Assembly: GCA_964187785.1 (NCBI GenBank)
Contig: OZ076409.1
Location: forward strand, 70,930,001 to 70,994,000
Origin: Amphiscolops sp. MND2022
Taxonomy: Eukaryota
Length of the DNA: 64,000 bases
Direction: 5' to 3'
Shown: piece after piece, positions 1-10,946 of the stretch
Layout: the number at the start of each line of letters is the position of its first letter
How positions within the stretch are numbered: the first letter of the stretch is position 1
Notes under the pieces: generated by a model
Database searches by the model: none
Told to the model about the DNA's origin: nothing
Seen by the model: only the letters and a program-made list of their open reading frames with translations
Program-made: the position numbers and the translations under genes

Positions 1-730
1 ATCACTACTACAAGGTTTCATACCCATGATATGGTGCCTTCAGGGGGGCAAACAGATTACCGCTATCTATCACCGTTACGGACTTGGCCCCCCAGCCTAA
101 CCGCTATGTGACCGGAAATTGCACTTTTTGAGCCCAAAGGGTCGATCCTAGCCGGGCAACGTTAGGTAACATATTGTGGTACTCATTGAGACGAGTTGGG
201 GGATATAGTTTCAGTCACCCCCCGTTACCCCTTGAGACCGGAAATGACCGTTATGTGAGTAGAATTGCAATTTTTATACCTTTTGAAGGGCATTTAGGTG
301 CGGAAGGAATGGTAATAGGTGCTTGGACACTATATGATGTAATGGAGGTCGTGAGGAGAGCATTCGGAAGTAACCGTTACGTTGACCCCAAAGTCCCCCT
401 GGTACCGTTAACAACCGGAAATGGCCAAATTTTGTGTTTATAGGGTACAAATGTTTGGTATTTTATGGATAAAAGTACCTGGAAGGTGTTTTAAAGGCCT
501 CCAGAAATGAACATAGTCATGAAACTTTGTGGGGGGTAACGGTATATAGCACCGGAAGTCCAAACCGTTAGTTACAGAATAGGTTTTTTGGTTTCAAAAT
601 GTCTTTAGGCGTAGTTTTGTGGGTTGAATCGTCATAATATCAACTAATACGGACTTTTTTCGGAAATAAAATTTTTTCACATTAGTTTCAGGGACCTCCA
701 ATGTTTCAGTCAACATAACCGTTACATTTT

Positions 731-774
731 GATAGCCTTTCAAGTTGGCCTGGTGTCAACTTGGAAGGGCTATC
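731..774. repeat. 44-bp imperfect palindrome of family L (one per L unit, ~420 bp before the junction)
   Basis: GATAGCCTTTCAAGTTGGC-CTGGT-GTCAACTTGGAAGGGCTATC. Confidence 0.9.
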
Positions 775-1073
775 CTTCTAAAATCGTTAATCAAGAGTGT
801 TTTTGGGGAGGTATATGTTGCATTAGTACCAATTAGAGCTTCATCAACAGTTTGCCAACGGCAAAAACGATGTCGTGATAATTCCGTTATAAGAATATTA
901 ATTAACAAATTGTTTACAAAGTTGATTTTTTCCATTCGAAAAGTGTCCTAATGCCACCAAATTGAATAAAATAATAAATGGTATTGACTTAAACTAAATA
1001 ACATTGAAAAAGAAGATCAACATTTTTATTAGGTCTCATCATGGAAGCTGAAACCTCACGTTTTAACTTAATT

Positions 1074-1195
1074 AACGTCAACGCCACATACTTTACATCA
1101 ACGCCCACCGTCTGTGGGCATGCCGAGGCATGCCCTTCGACGACGTATACCAATTACATATATATCTACACCCTAACCGCGGTAGCCGCTAGGTG
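1074..1195 (+). other. Conserved terminal module and junction (representative; one per unit end, 35 copies)
   Basis: AACGTCAACGCC-N-CATCAACGCCC-CGTC-NNN-GGGCATGCCGAGGCATGCCC-TTCGACGACGTAT-variable tail-GCTAG|GTG; the only long block near-identical across L, S and X. Confidence 0.93.
1116..1135. promoter_or_regulatory. 20-bp palindrome matching a zero-spacer p53-family response element (representative of 35)
   Basis: GGGCATGCCG|AGGCATGCCC versus RRRCWWGYYY x2 matches 19/20. The match is seen; function as a p53 site is untested. Confidence 0.4.
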
Positions 1196-4100
1196 CCGGG
1201 ATTTTCTATTCGACAAGTTTGCGCGCCTTGGGGAGGGTCCCTTTGCGCGCTTTAAGATCCAGGTGTTTCCAACTCCTAAACGGGCATGTGATTTCGACGA
1301 TCTCCTAAACTAGCCATACGATTTGGCTGAAATTTGGCACACGTACCCCCCTCGGCACGGTGAAGATGATTTCCTACTGACGTTTTTCCCGCTAAACATT
1401 TTTTGTTGACCAAAATAACGGTTTTTGGGGTAAAATTTTCAACTTTTTTTAAATTTCATCTTATATCTCGCCACGAGTACACGCTAGCGCTTCCAAACCT
1501 TGCTGACGAAACCTTGCAAACTGTCTCAGGAATGCTGTGTGAAATTTTCAGCTCAATCGGACCTAAACTCGGGGAGATATAGCGTTTTTCCGGAGCGGGG
1601 GGGTTTCATTTTTCTAACGGTCCAGCTTATCTTTGCCATTTTTTCGAAAATGCACTCGCCTAAAGGCCTCCCCTGGCCGGTTTTATTCCCAGCAAAACCA
1701 TTTGGCCCTAAATACGGAGTTTCAGCGTTCCAGCATTCCCGGGCGAAAAGATGTGGGACTTAGAAAAGTTCAAAAATTTTCAAAAAAAAATTTTTCCGTT
1801 ATTTGGGCCCTCAAAGTGGGGGAAAAGTCCCCCCAACCAGTAAAGCAAGTGAATGCATGTGGAAAGCCCTTGTTTAGACGAGAAAAATGCCGTTTAGAAC
1901 GTCTTTTTATCTTAACTTGACATTGACTTTTGTCGTTTTGAAGGTGACCGTTAGATACGGAAAATTGATGTTTTGAGTATTTATCCCATCTGAAAGCCAT
2001 TGAGATACAACATGTTTTGCTCAAAACGTGTTTCATTGCAGTTTCGCTGTCCATTATCACCCTTTGGTGTCTTTTCACGTATTTTTCGTTTCTATAATAA
2101 CAATTTTTTTGTGTATTTATTCATTTTTTTCTCATCAAATAACTTGAAACAGTTGAGTACATTCCATCTCCCTTCCCGGGGGAGATGAGAATGTACTCGC
2201 TAAAGGTCAGGAACTACGGTCTATATCTTCCACAACACAAAAGGGATTGCAAATGGTTTCAGTTTGTCGCAGAAAACTTCTTTTTGCCCTCTGTGACTCG
2301 ACAAAATGAACGTTTCTTACTTACTTTGAAACTCAGCATACCACAACTCATCTCTAACGTCAGCGCCCCCCATACTTGCATCAACGCCCACCGTCCGTGG
2401 GCATGCCGAGGCATGCCCTTCGACGACGTATACCAAGATATACCTGGAGCGCGGTAGCCGCTAGGTGCCGGTGTTTTTTTACACAATGGGGGAAGTTGCG
2501 CGGTTGGGGAGGGTCCCTGACGCGCTCCCGGGATTTCGGATTTTTTAACCTTTACGTACCCATCAAAAATTTTGGGATCTCGAAAACTAGCCGTACGATT
2601 TGGCTGAAATTTGGCACACGTACCCCCCTCGGCACGGTGAAGATGATTCCCTACTGACGTTTTTCCCGCTAAACATTTTTTGTTGACCAAAATAACGGTT
2701 TTTGGGGTAAAATTTTCAACTTTTTTTAAATTTCATCTTTTATCTCGCCACGGGTACACGCTAGCGCTTCCAAACCTTGCTGACGAAACCTTGCAAACTG
2801 TCTCAGGAATGCTGTGTGAAATTTTCAGCTCAATCGGACTTGAACTCGAGGAGATATAGCGTTTTTCCGGAGCGGGGGGGTTTCATTTTTCTAACGGTCC
2901 AGCTTATCTTTGCCATTTTTTCGAAAATGCACTCGCCTAAAGGCCTCCCCTGGCCGGTTTTACTCCCAGCAAAACCATTTGGCCCTAAATACGGAGTTTC
3001 AGCGTTCCAGCATTCCCGGGCGAAAAGTTGTGGGACTTAGAAAATTTCAAAAATTTTCAAAAAATTTTTTTTTCGTTATTTGGGCCCCCAAAGTGGGGGA
3101 AAAGACCCCCCAACCAGTAAATCAAGTGAATGCATGTGGAAAGGCCATGTTTATAGGAGAAAAATGCCGTTTAGAACGTCTTTTTATCTTGGCTCAACGT
3201 TGACTTATGACGTTTTGAAGGTGATGTTTGGAGGTGTAAAGCAAGTGAATAGTAAACGTTATGAGTATTTATCTGATCTGAAAGCCATTGAGATGCAATA
3301 TGATTGCTCAAAACGTAATTCATTGCAGTTTGGCAATCAATCAACACCCTTTGTTGTCGTTTGACATACTTTTTTGTTGTTAAAATAAAAAATTTTGTGT
3401 ATTTATTCATTTTTTTCTCATCAAATAACTTGGAACAGTTGAGTACATTCCATCCCCCCCTTCCGGGGGAGATGAGAATGTACTCGCAAAAAGCACCGAA
3501 CTACGGCCCTTACCTTCCCGAGCTACGCAGTATAAGGATTACATATTGGTTCCGACATTTTCATAGAGTTATATCTTGGTAATCTGTCTGGATATGCCGA
3601 AAAATCAGCACGTGCCTTTTAATACCAAGTTGCTCACAACGACAATTATTTTATATCAACGCCCCCATATTTATCAACGCCCCCCGTCCGTGGGCATGCC
3701 GAGGCATGCCCTTCGACGACCCGCACCAAAATATGCGTTAGCGCGGTAGCCGCTAGGTGCCGGTGTCTTTTTACACAATGGGGGAAGTTGCGCGGTTGGG
3801 GAGGGTCCCTGACGCGCTTCCGTGAGATCAGGTTTTTCAACTAGTGAAATCGACAAAGAAAATTGAGATCTCGTAAACTAGCCATACGATTTGGCTGAAA
3901 TTTGGCACACGTACCCCCCTCGGCACGGTGAAGATGATTCCCTACTGACGTTTTGCTCGCTAAACATTTTTTGTTGACCAAAATAACGGTTTTTGGGGTA
4001 AAATTTTCAACTTTTTTTAAATTTCATCTTATTTCTGGACAGGGGTTTACGCTAGCGCTTCAAAACCTTGCTGATGAAACCTTGCAAACTGTCTCAGGAA

Positions 4101-5030
4101 TGCTGTGTGAAATTTTCAGCTCAATCGGACTTGAACTCAGGGAGATATAGCGTTTTTCCGGAGCGGGGGGGTTTCATTTTTCTAACGGTCCAGCTTATCT
4201 TTGCCATTTTTTCGAAAATGTACTCGCCTAAAGGCCTCCCCTGGCCGGTTTTATTCCCAGCAAAACCATTTGGCCCTAAATACGGAGTTTCAGCGTTCCA
4301 GCATTCCCGGGCGAAAAGTTGTGGGACTTAGAATTTTTCAAAAGTTTTCAAAATTTTTTTTTCCGTTATTTGGGCCCCCAAAGTGGGGGAAAGCACCCCC
4401 CAACCAGTAAAGCGAGTGAATGCATGTGGAAAGCCCTTGTTTAGACAAGAAAAATGGCGTTTAGAATGTCTTTTTATCTTAACTTGACATTGACTTTTGT
4501 CGTTTTGAAGGTGACCGTTAGATACAGAAAATTGATATTTTGAGTATTTATCCCATCTGAAAGCCATTGAGATACAACATGTTTTGCTCAAAACGTGTTT
4601 CATTGCAGTTCCGCTGTCCATTGACACCCTTTGATGTCTTTTGACGTAATTTTCTTTTCTATAATAACAATTTTTTTGGGTATTTATTCATTTTTTTCTC
4701 ATCAAATAACTTGAAACAGTTGAGTACATTCCATCTCCCTTCCCGGGGGAGATGAGAATGTACTCGCTAAAGGTCAGGAACTACGGTCTATATCTTCCAC
4801 AACACAAAAGCAATTGAAAATTGTTTCAGTTTGTCGCAGAAAACTTTTCTTTTTGCACTCAGTGACTCGGCAAAGTGAACGATTTTGACCCATATTGAAT
4901 CTTACTTTACCACAACTCATCTCTAACGTCAACGCCCCCCACACACATCAACGCCCCCCGTCCGTGGGCATGCCGAGGCATGCCCTTCGACGACGTATAG
5001 CAAAATATATTCGAACGCGGTAGCCGCTAG
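1193..5030 (+). mobile_element. Three family S cassettes (1193-2464, 2465-3756, 3757-5030; 1272-1292 bp)
   Basis: Heads start GTGCCGG; shared body; GAGTACATTC...GAATGTACTC palindrome; shared terminal module. Confidence 0.6.
2155..2198. repeat. ~44-bp imperfect palindrome of families S and X (one per unit)
   Basis: GAGTACATTCCATCTCCC-loop-GGGAGATGAGAATGTACTC; X version at 38265-38310. Confidence 0.9.
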
Positions 5031-8000
5031 GTGCGGGGGGGAAACCCCAACAAAATTTTTGGAGGATTCGGGTAGGGTCCTGAATCCGAGTTCAGTGCTG
5101 CCAGCTTTCGTTAAGAAAATTTGGATAGGATTCGGGATCTCGTGATCTAACCATAGGATTTTAAAGTTGGAGCGGCCCCCACCAGATTTTCCAAAAATTA
5201 GCGCCCCCCACCGGGTTCCATACCCCGGAAAATTTTTTTCTGGCCACACGGGCGACCGTTAGGGGGTCATTTTAGGGGTAAAATTCATATAGGGCCACAT
5301 AACTTTTTTTCTGTTGATTTAAAACTTTGGGACCCTGCTAAAAGTTTCTTGACCGTGTTGCAAGGGCTCCGGAGGTCCAAACCAAATTTTTCTAGCTTGA
5401 AGCTATCTCCAAGTACCCCCCCGCCCAAAACGTTATTTTTCCGGAAACGCAGGTTTTTGACCCGGAAGGAGTCGTCTGAGCGCGGGGTCGTTAGGTGATG
5501 TTTTGGGGACGGCCTTGAGACGAAGTGGGGGACATGTAGTTTGCCAACCCCAGTTTACCCCCCGGACGGGAAATGACCGTTATATGAGCGGGAAAATTGC
5601 CCCCCTCCACGTTTTACCGCTATTTCCGGTGTGAAGGAGTGGGAGTAGCGCGTCGGGTGCCATATATCAAAAGTAGGTTTAAACAAGGATCTATCGGAAA
5701 CATGTGGTTTGGGACCCCCTGGACCAACCCGTTAGCGGGAAATGGGACTTCCGCCTCCTTTTTTTACGGTTAAAAACGGAAAATGGGCATTGAGGGGTAA
5801 ATATCTCGTGAACGCGTGGAGCTACGGTGTCCTTCACTACTACAAGGTTTCATGCCCATCATATGGTGCCTTCAGGGGGGCAAACAGATTTCCGCTATCT
5901 ATCACCGTTACGGACTTGGCCCCCCAGCCTAACCGTTAAGTGACCGGAAATGTCATATTTTGAGCCCAAAGGGTCGGTCTCAGCCAGGGAACGTTAGGTA
6001 ACTTATTGTAGTACTCATTGAGACGAGTTGGGGGACATAGTTTCAGTCACCCCCCGTTACCCCTTAGGACCGGAAATGACCGTTATGTGAGTAAAATTGC
6101 CATTTTTGTCCTATTTGAAGGCCATTTAGATGAGGAAGGAGTGGTAATAGGTGCTTGGACACTATATGAGGTAAGGGAGGACGTGAGGCGAGCATTCGGA
6201 TATAACCGTTATTTTGACCCTAAAGTCCCCCTGGTACCGTAAACGACCGGAAATGGTCAAATTTTGTGTCTATTGGGTACAAATGTTTAGTATTTTGTAG
6301 ATAAAAGTATCTATTAGGTGTTTCGACGGTCTGCAATAGTGAACATAGTCATGAAACCTTGTGGGGGGTAACGGGGTATATAGCACCGGAAGTCCAAACC
6401 GTTGGACACAGGATAGGTTTTTGGTTTTAAATTGTCTTTCGGCGTACTTTTGTCGACTATTATGGACTATTTTTTGAAAATTAAAGTTTTTCTATATAGT
6501 TTCAGAGACTCCGAAACCTCAACCAACATAACCGTTACCTTATGATAGCCTTTCAAGTTGGCCTGCTGGCAACTTGGAAGGGCTATCCTTCAAAAATCGT
6601 TAATCAAGAGTGTTTTTGGGTAGGTATATATTCAATTAGTACCAATTAGAGCTTCATCAACAGTGTATCAACGACAAAAACTAAGCCGTCATGATTCCGT
6701 TGTTAGAATAGTAGTGAGCTAATTGTTGACAAAAATATTTTTTTTATACAAAATGTGTCCTAAATGCCAGGAAACCTATTTACCTAACAAATGGTATTGA
6801 TTGGAATGTATGTAACCTATTTATAAAAGTTCAAATTGATTATTACGTTTCATTATGGAAGCTGAAACGTCATATTTCAGTTTAATTAACGTCAACGCCA
6901 CATACTTTACATCAACGCCCACCGTCTGTGGGCATGCCGAGGCATGCCCTTCGACGACGTATACCAAATACATACCCAACGACGCCCGTACATCCCGGGC
7001 TAGGTGCGGGGGGGAAACCCCAACAAAATTTTTGGAGGATTCGGGTAGGGTCCTGAATCCGAGTTCAGTGCTGCCAGCTTTCGTTAAGAAAATTTGGATA
7101 GGATTCGGGATCTCGTGATCTAACCATAGGATTTTAAAGTTGGAGCGGCCCCCACCAGATTTTCCAAAGTTATTCGCCCCCCACCGGGTTCCAGCGTGAT
7201 TGAAATATTTTGACGGGGTACACGGGCGACCGTTAGGGGTCATTTTGGGGGTAAAATTTATATCCGGTCGCATAACTTTTTTCCTGTTGGATTAAAACTT
7301 TGGGACCCTGCTAAAAGTTTCTTGACCGTGTTGCGGGGGCTCCGGAGGTCCAAACCAAATTTTTCTATCTTGAAGCTATCTCCAAGTACCCCCCCGCCCA
7401 AACCGTTATTTTTCCGGAAACGCAGGTTTTTGACCCGGAAGGAGTCGTCTGAGCGCGGGGTCGTTAGGTGATGTATTGGGGACGGCCTTGAGACGAAGCG
7501 GGGGATATATAGTTTGCCGACCCCAGTTTACCCCCCGGACGGGAAATGACCGTTATATGAGCGGGAAAAATGCCCCCCTCCACGTTTTACCGCTATTTCC
7601 GGTGTGAAGGAGTGAGAGTAGCGCTTCGGGTGCCATATATCAAAAATAAGTTTAGCCAAGGACCTATCGGAAACATGTAGTTTGGGACCCCCTGGACCAA
7701 CCCGTTAGCGGGAAATGGGGCTTCCGCCTCCTTTTTTTACTGCTAAAACCGTAAAATGGGCATTGAGGGGTAAATATCTCCTGAACGCGTGGAGCAATCG
7801 TGTCCATCACTACTACAAGGTTTCATACCCATGATATGGTGCCTTCAGGGGGGCAAACAGATTTCCGCTATCTATCACCGTTACGGACTTGGCCCCCCAG
7901 CCCAACCGCTATGTGACAGGAAATGTCACTTTTTGAGCCCAAAGGGTCGGTCCCAGCCTGGGAACGTTAGGTAACTTATTGTAGTACTCAATGAGACGAG

Positions 8001-10946
8001 TTGGGGGATATAGTTTCAGTCAACCCCCGTTACCCCTTAGGACCGGAAATGACCGTTATGTGAGTGAAATTGCAATTTTTATACTCTTTGAAGTGTATTT
8101 AGGTGCGGAAGGAGTGGTAATAGGTGCTTGGACACTATATAATGATAGGGAGGACGTGAGGCGAGCATTCGAAAAAAAACAGTTATGTTGACCCCAAAGT
8201 CCCCCTGGTACCGTAAATGACCGGAAATGGTCAAATTTTGTGTTTAAAGGGTACAAATGTTTGGTGTTTTATGGATAACAGTACCTATTAGGTGTTTCGA
8301 CGGTATGCAGTTGTGAACATAGTCATGAAACCTTGTGGGGGGTAACGGTATATAGCACCGGAAGTCCAAAACGTTGGAGACAGGATAAGTTTTTTGGTTT
8401 TAAAACGTCTTTCGGCCTACTTTTGTCGACTATTATGGTCTATTTTTGAAAAATAGAATTTTTCCATATAGTTTCAGAGACTCCGAAACCTCAACCAACA
8501 TAACCGTTACCTTATGATAGCCTTTCAAGTTGGCCTGGTGTCAACTTGGAAGGGCTATCCTTCAAAAATCATTAATCAAGTGTGTTTTTGAGTATGTTTG
8601 TATTACTTTAGAATCAATTAGAGCTTCAAGAAAAGTTTGCCAACGACAAAAACTATGTCGTGATGATTCCGTTATTAGAATACTAGTTAACAAAGTTTTA
8701 AAAACGTTGATTTTTTACATTTCAAATGTGTCCTAAATGCCAGAAAACCTCTTTACCAAACAAATGGTATTGATTGAATTGTATATAACAGCTAATAAAA
8801 GTTCAAACTGAATATTACGTTTCATTTTGGAAGCTGAAACGTCATTTTATAGTTTCATTAACGTCAACGCCACATACTTTACATCAACGCCCACCGTCCG
8901 TAGGCATGCCGAGGCATGCCTTTCGACGACGTATACCAAATTCCTTTAACACAACACCCCCGAGCGCGGTAGCAGCTAGGTGCGGGGGGGTAACCCCAAC
9001 TTTTTTCTTGGAGGAATCGGGTAGGGTCCTGATTCCGAGTTCAGTGCCGCCAGCTATCGTTAAAAACCTATACCTTTTAAACCCGATCTCGAGAACTAAC
9101 CACGCCCCTTCTTTAATTTTTTGGCCCCCACTCACTTTTTGATAGTAGATCGCCCCCCACTGGGTTCCAAGTTGGGCAAAAATGGAGGTCATGGGTAACG
9201 GGGACCGTTAAGGGGTAACTCAGGGGGTAAAATTTATTTTTTGCGTCATATCTTTTCCCCCCGTGGATTTAGCGCTTCCGGTCAGCAGACAAAACCTCAT
9301 GTACGTGATACGGGGCCTCCGTAGGTCCAAACAAAATTTTTCTATCATGCACCGTTACGGACTTGCCCCCCCGGCCCAACCGTTATTTTGCCGGAAATTG
9401 CACTTTTTGACCGGGAAGGAGTCGTCTGAGCACGGAGTCGTTTGGTAATGTTTTGTAGTGCATCTGGAGACGTGTTGGGGGACATGTAGTTTGCCGGCCC
9501 CAGTTTACCCCCCGGACGGGAAATGACCGTTATGTGAGTTTTAAAATTACCCCCCTTCAATTTTCCCGGTTATTTCCGGTGTGAAGGAGTGGGAGTAGCG
9601 CGTCGGGTGCCATATATCAAAAGTAGGTTTAGACAAGGACCAACCGGAAACATGTGGTTTGGGACCCCCTGACCCAACCCGTTAGCCGTTATAAGGGTGA
9701 TCGCCTCCTTTTTTTACACTCAAAACCGGAAAACGGGTATTGAGGGGTAAATATCTCGTGAACGCGTGGAGCAATCGTGTCCATCACTACTACAAGGTTT
9801 CATACCCATGATATGGTGCCTTCAGGGGGGCAAACAGATTACCGCTATCTATCACCGTTACGGACTTGGCCCCCCAGCCCAACCGCTATGTGACCGGAAA
9901 TGTCACTTTTTGAGCCCAAAGGGTCGGTCCCAGTCTGGGAACGTTAGGTAACTTATTGTAGTACTCATTGAGACGAGTTGGGGGACATAGTTTCAGTCAC
10001 CCCCCGTTACCCCTTAGGACCGGAAATGACCGTTATGTGAGTGAAATTGCAATTTTTATACTTTTTGAAAGGCATTTAGGTGCAGAAGGAGTGGTAATAG
10101 GTGCTTGGACACTATATAATGATAGGGAGGACGTGAGGCGAGCATTCGAAAAAAACCGTTATGTTGACCCCAAAGTCCCCCAGGTACCGTAAATGACCGG
10201 AAATGGTCAAATTTTGTGTTTAAAGGGTACAAATGTTTGGTGTTTTATGGATAACAGTACCTATTAGGTGTTTCGACGGTATGCAGTTGTGAACATAGTC
10301 ATGAAACCTTGTGGGGGGTAACGGTATATAGCACCGGAAGTCCAAAACGGTGGAGACAGGATAAGTTTTTTGGTTTTAAAACGTCTTTCGGCCCACTTTT
10401 GTCGACTATTATGGTCTATTTTTGAAAAATAAAATTTTTCCATATAGTTTCAGAGACTCCGAAACCTCAACCAACATAACCGTTACCTTATGATAGCCTT
10501 TCAAGTTGGCCTGGTGTCAACTTGGAAGGGCTATCCTTCAAAAATCATTAATCAAGTGTGTTTTTGAGTATGTTTGTATTACTTTAGAATCAATTAGAGC
10601 TTCAAGAAAAGTTTGCCAACGACAAAAACTATGTCGTGATGATTCCGTTATTGTTAACAAAGTTTTAAAAACGTTGATTTTTTACATTTCAAATGTGTCC
10701 TAAATGCCAGAAAACCTCTTTACCAAACAAATGGTATTGATTGAATTGTATATAACAGCTAATAAAAGTTCAAACTGAATAATACGTTTCATTTTGGAAG
10801 CTGAAACGTCATTTTATAGTTTCATTAACGTCAACGCCACATACTTTACATCAACGCCCAACGTCCGTAGGCATGCCGAGGCATGCCTTTCGACGACGTA
10901 TACCAAATTCCTTTAACACAACACCCCCGAGCGCGGTAGCAGCTAG
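5031..10946 (+). mobile_element. Three family L cassettes (5031-7003, 7004-8979, 8980-10946)
   Basis: Heads start GTGCGGGGGGG(A/T)AACCCC; ~1.97 kb; GATAGCC...GGCTATC palindrome; shared terminal module. Confidence 0.6.
5064..5087. other. Head hairpin ~30-60 nt downstream of L and S junctions (representative)
   Basis: GGATTCGGG-TAGGGT-CCTGAATCC; S units carry different stems around a similar loop. Confidence 0.85.

Larger units (their letters stand above)
1..1192 (+). mobile_element. Family L cassette, 3' part (truncated by the window edge)
   Basis: Near-identical to the 3' part of unit 18171-20164; ends in the shared terminal module and CTAG. Repeat status is seen; mobile status is inferred. 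Confidence 0.6.

Noticed and set aside
1189..1195. Canonical Helitron concatemer
   Set aside because: The 3' CTAG fits, but the 5' end is GTG rather than TC, neighbours are not identical, and a classic hairpin ~11 nt before CTAG is clear only in S2 tails. Kept only as a candidate ancestry.
4999..5090. Spliced-leader RNA gene array (AG|GT donor, GGGG-AAA-CCCC stem, AATTTTTGG Sm-like site, 3' hairpin)
   Set aside because: The Sm-like site exists only in some L heads (others read CTTATCTTGG, ATATATTGG or TTTTCTTGG; it is absent in S and X), the donor context is weak, and the putative exon and intron are shuffled independently at the junction. Finding the tails on mRNA 5' ends would revive this idea.
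5031..7003. TIR DNA transposon/MITE or solo LTR
   Set aside because: No terminal inverted repeats, no TG...CA ends, and no variable target-site duplications.
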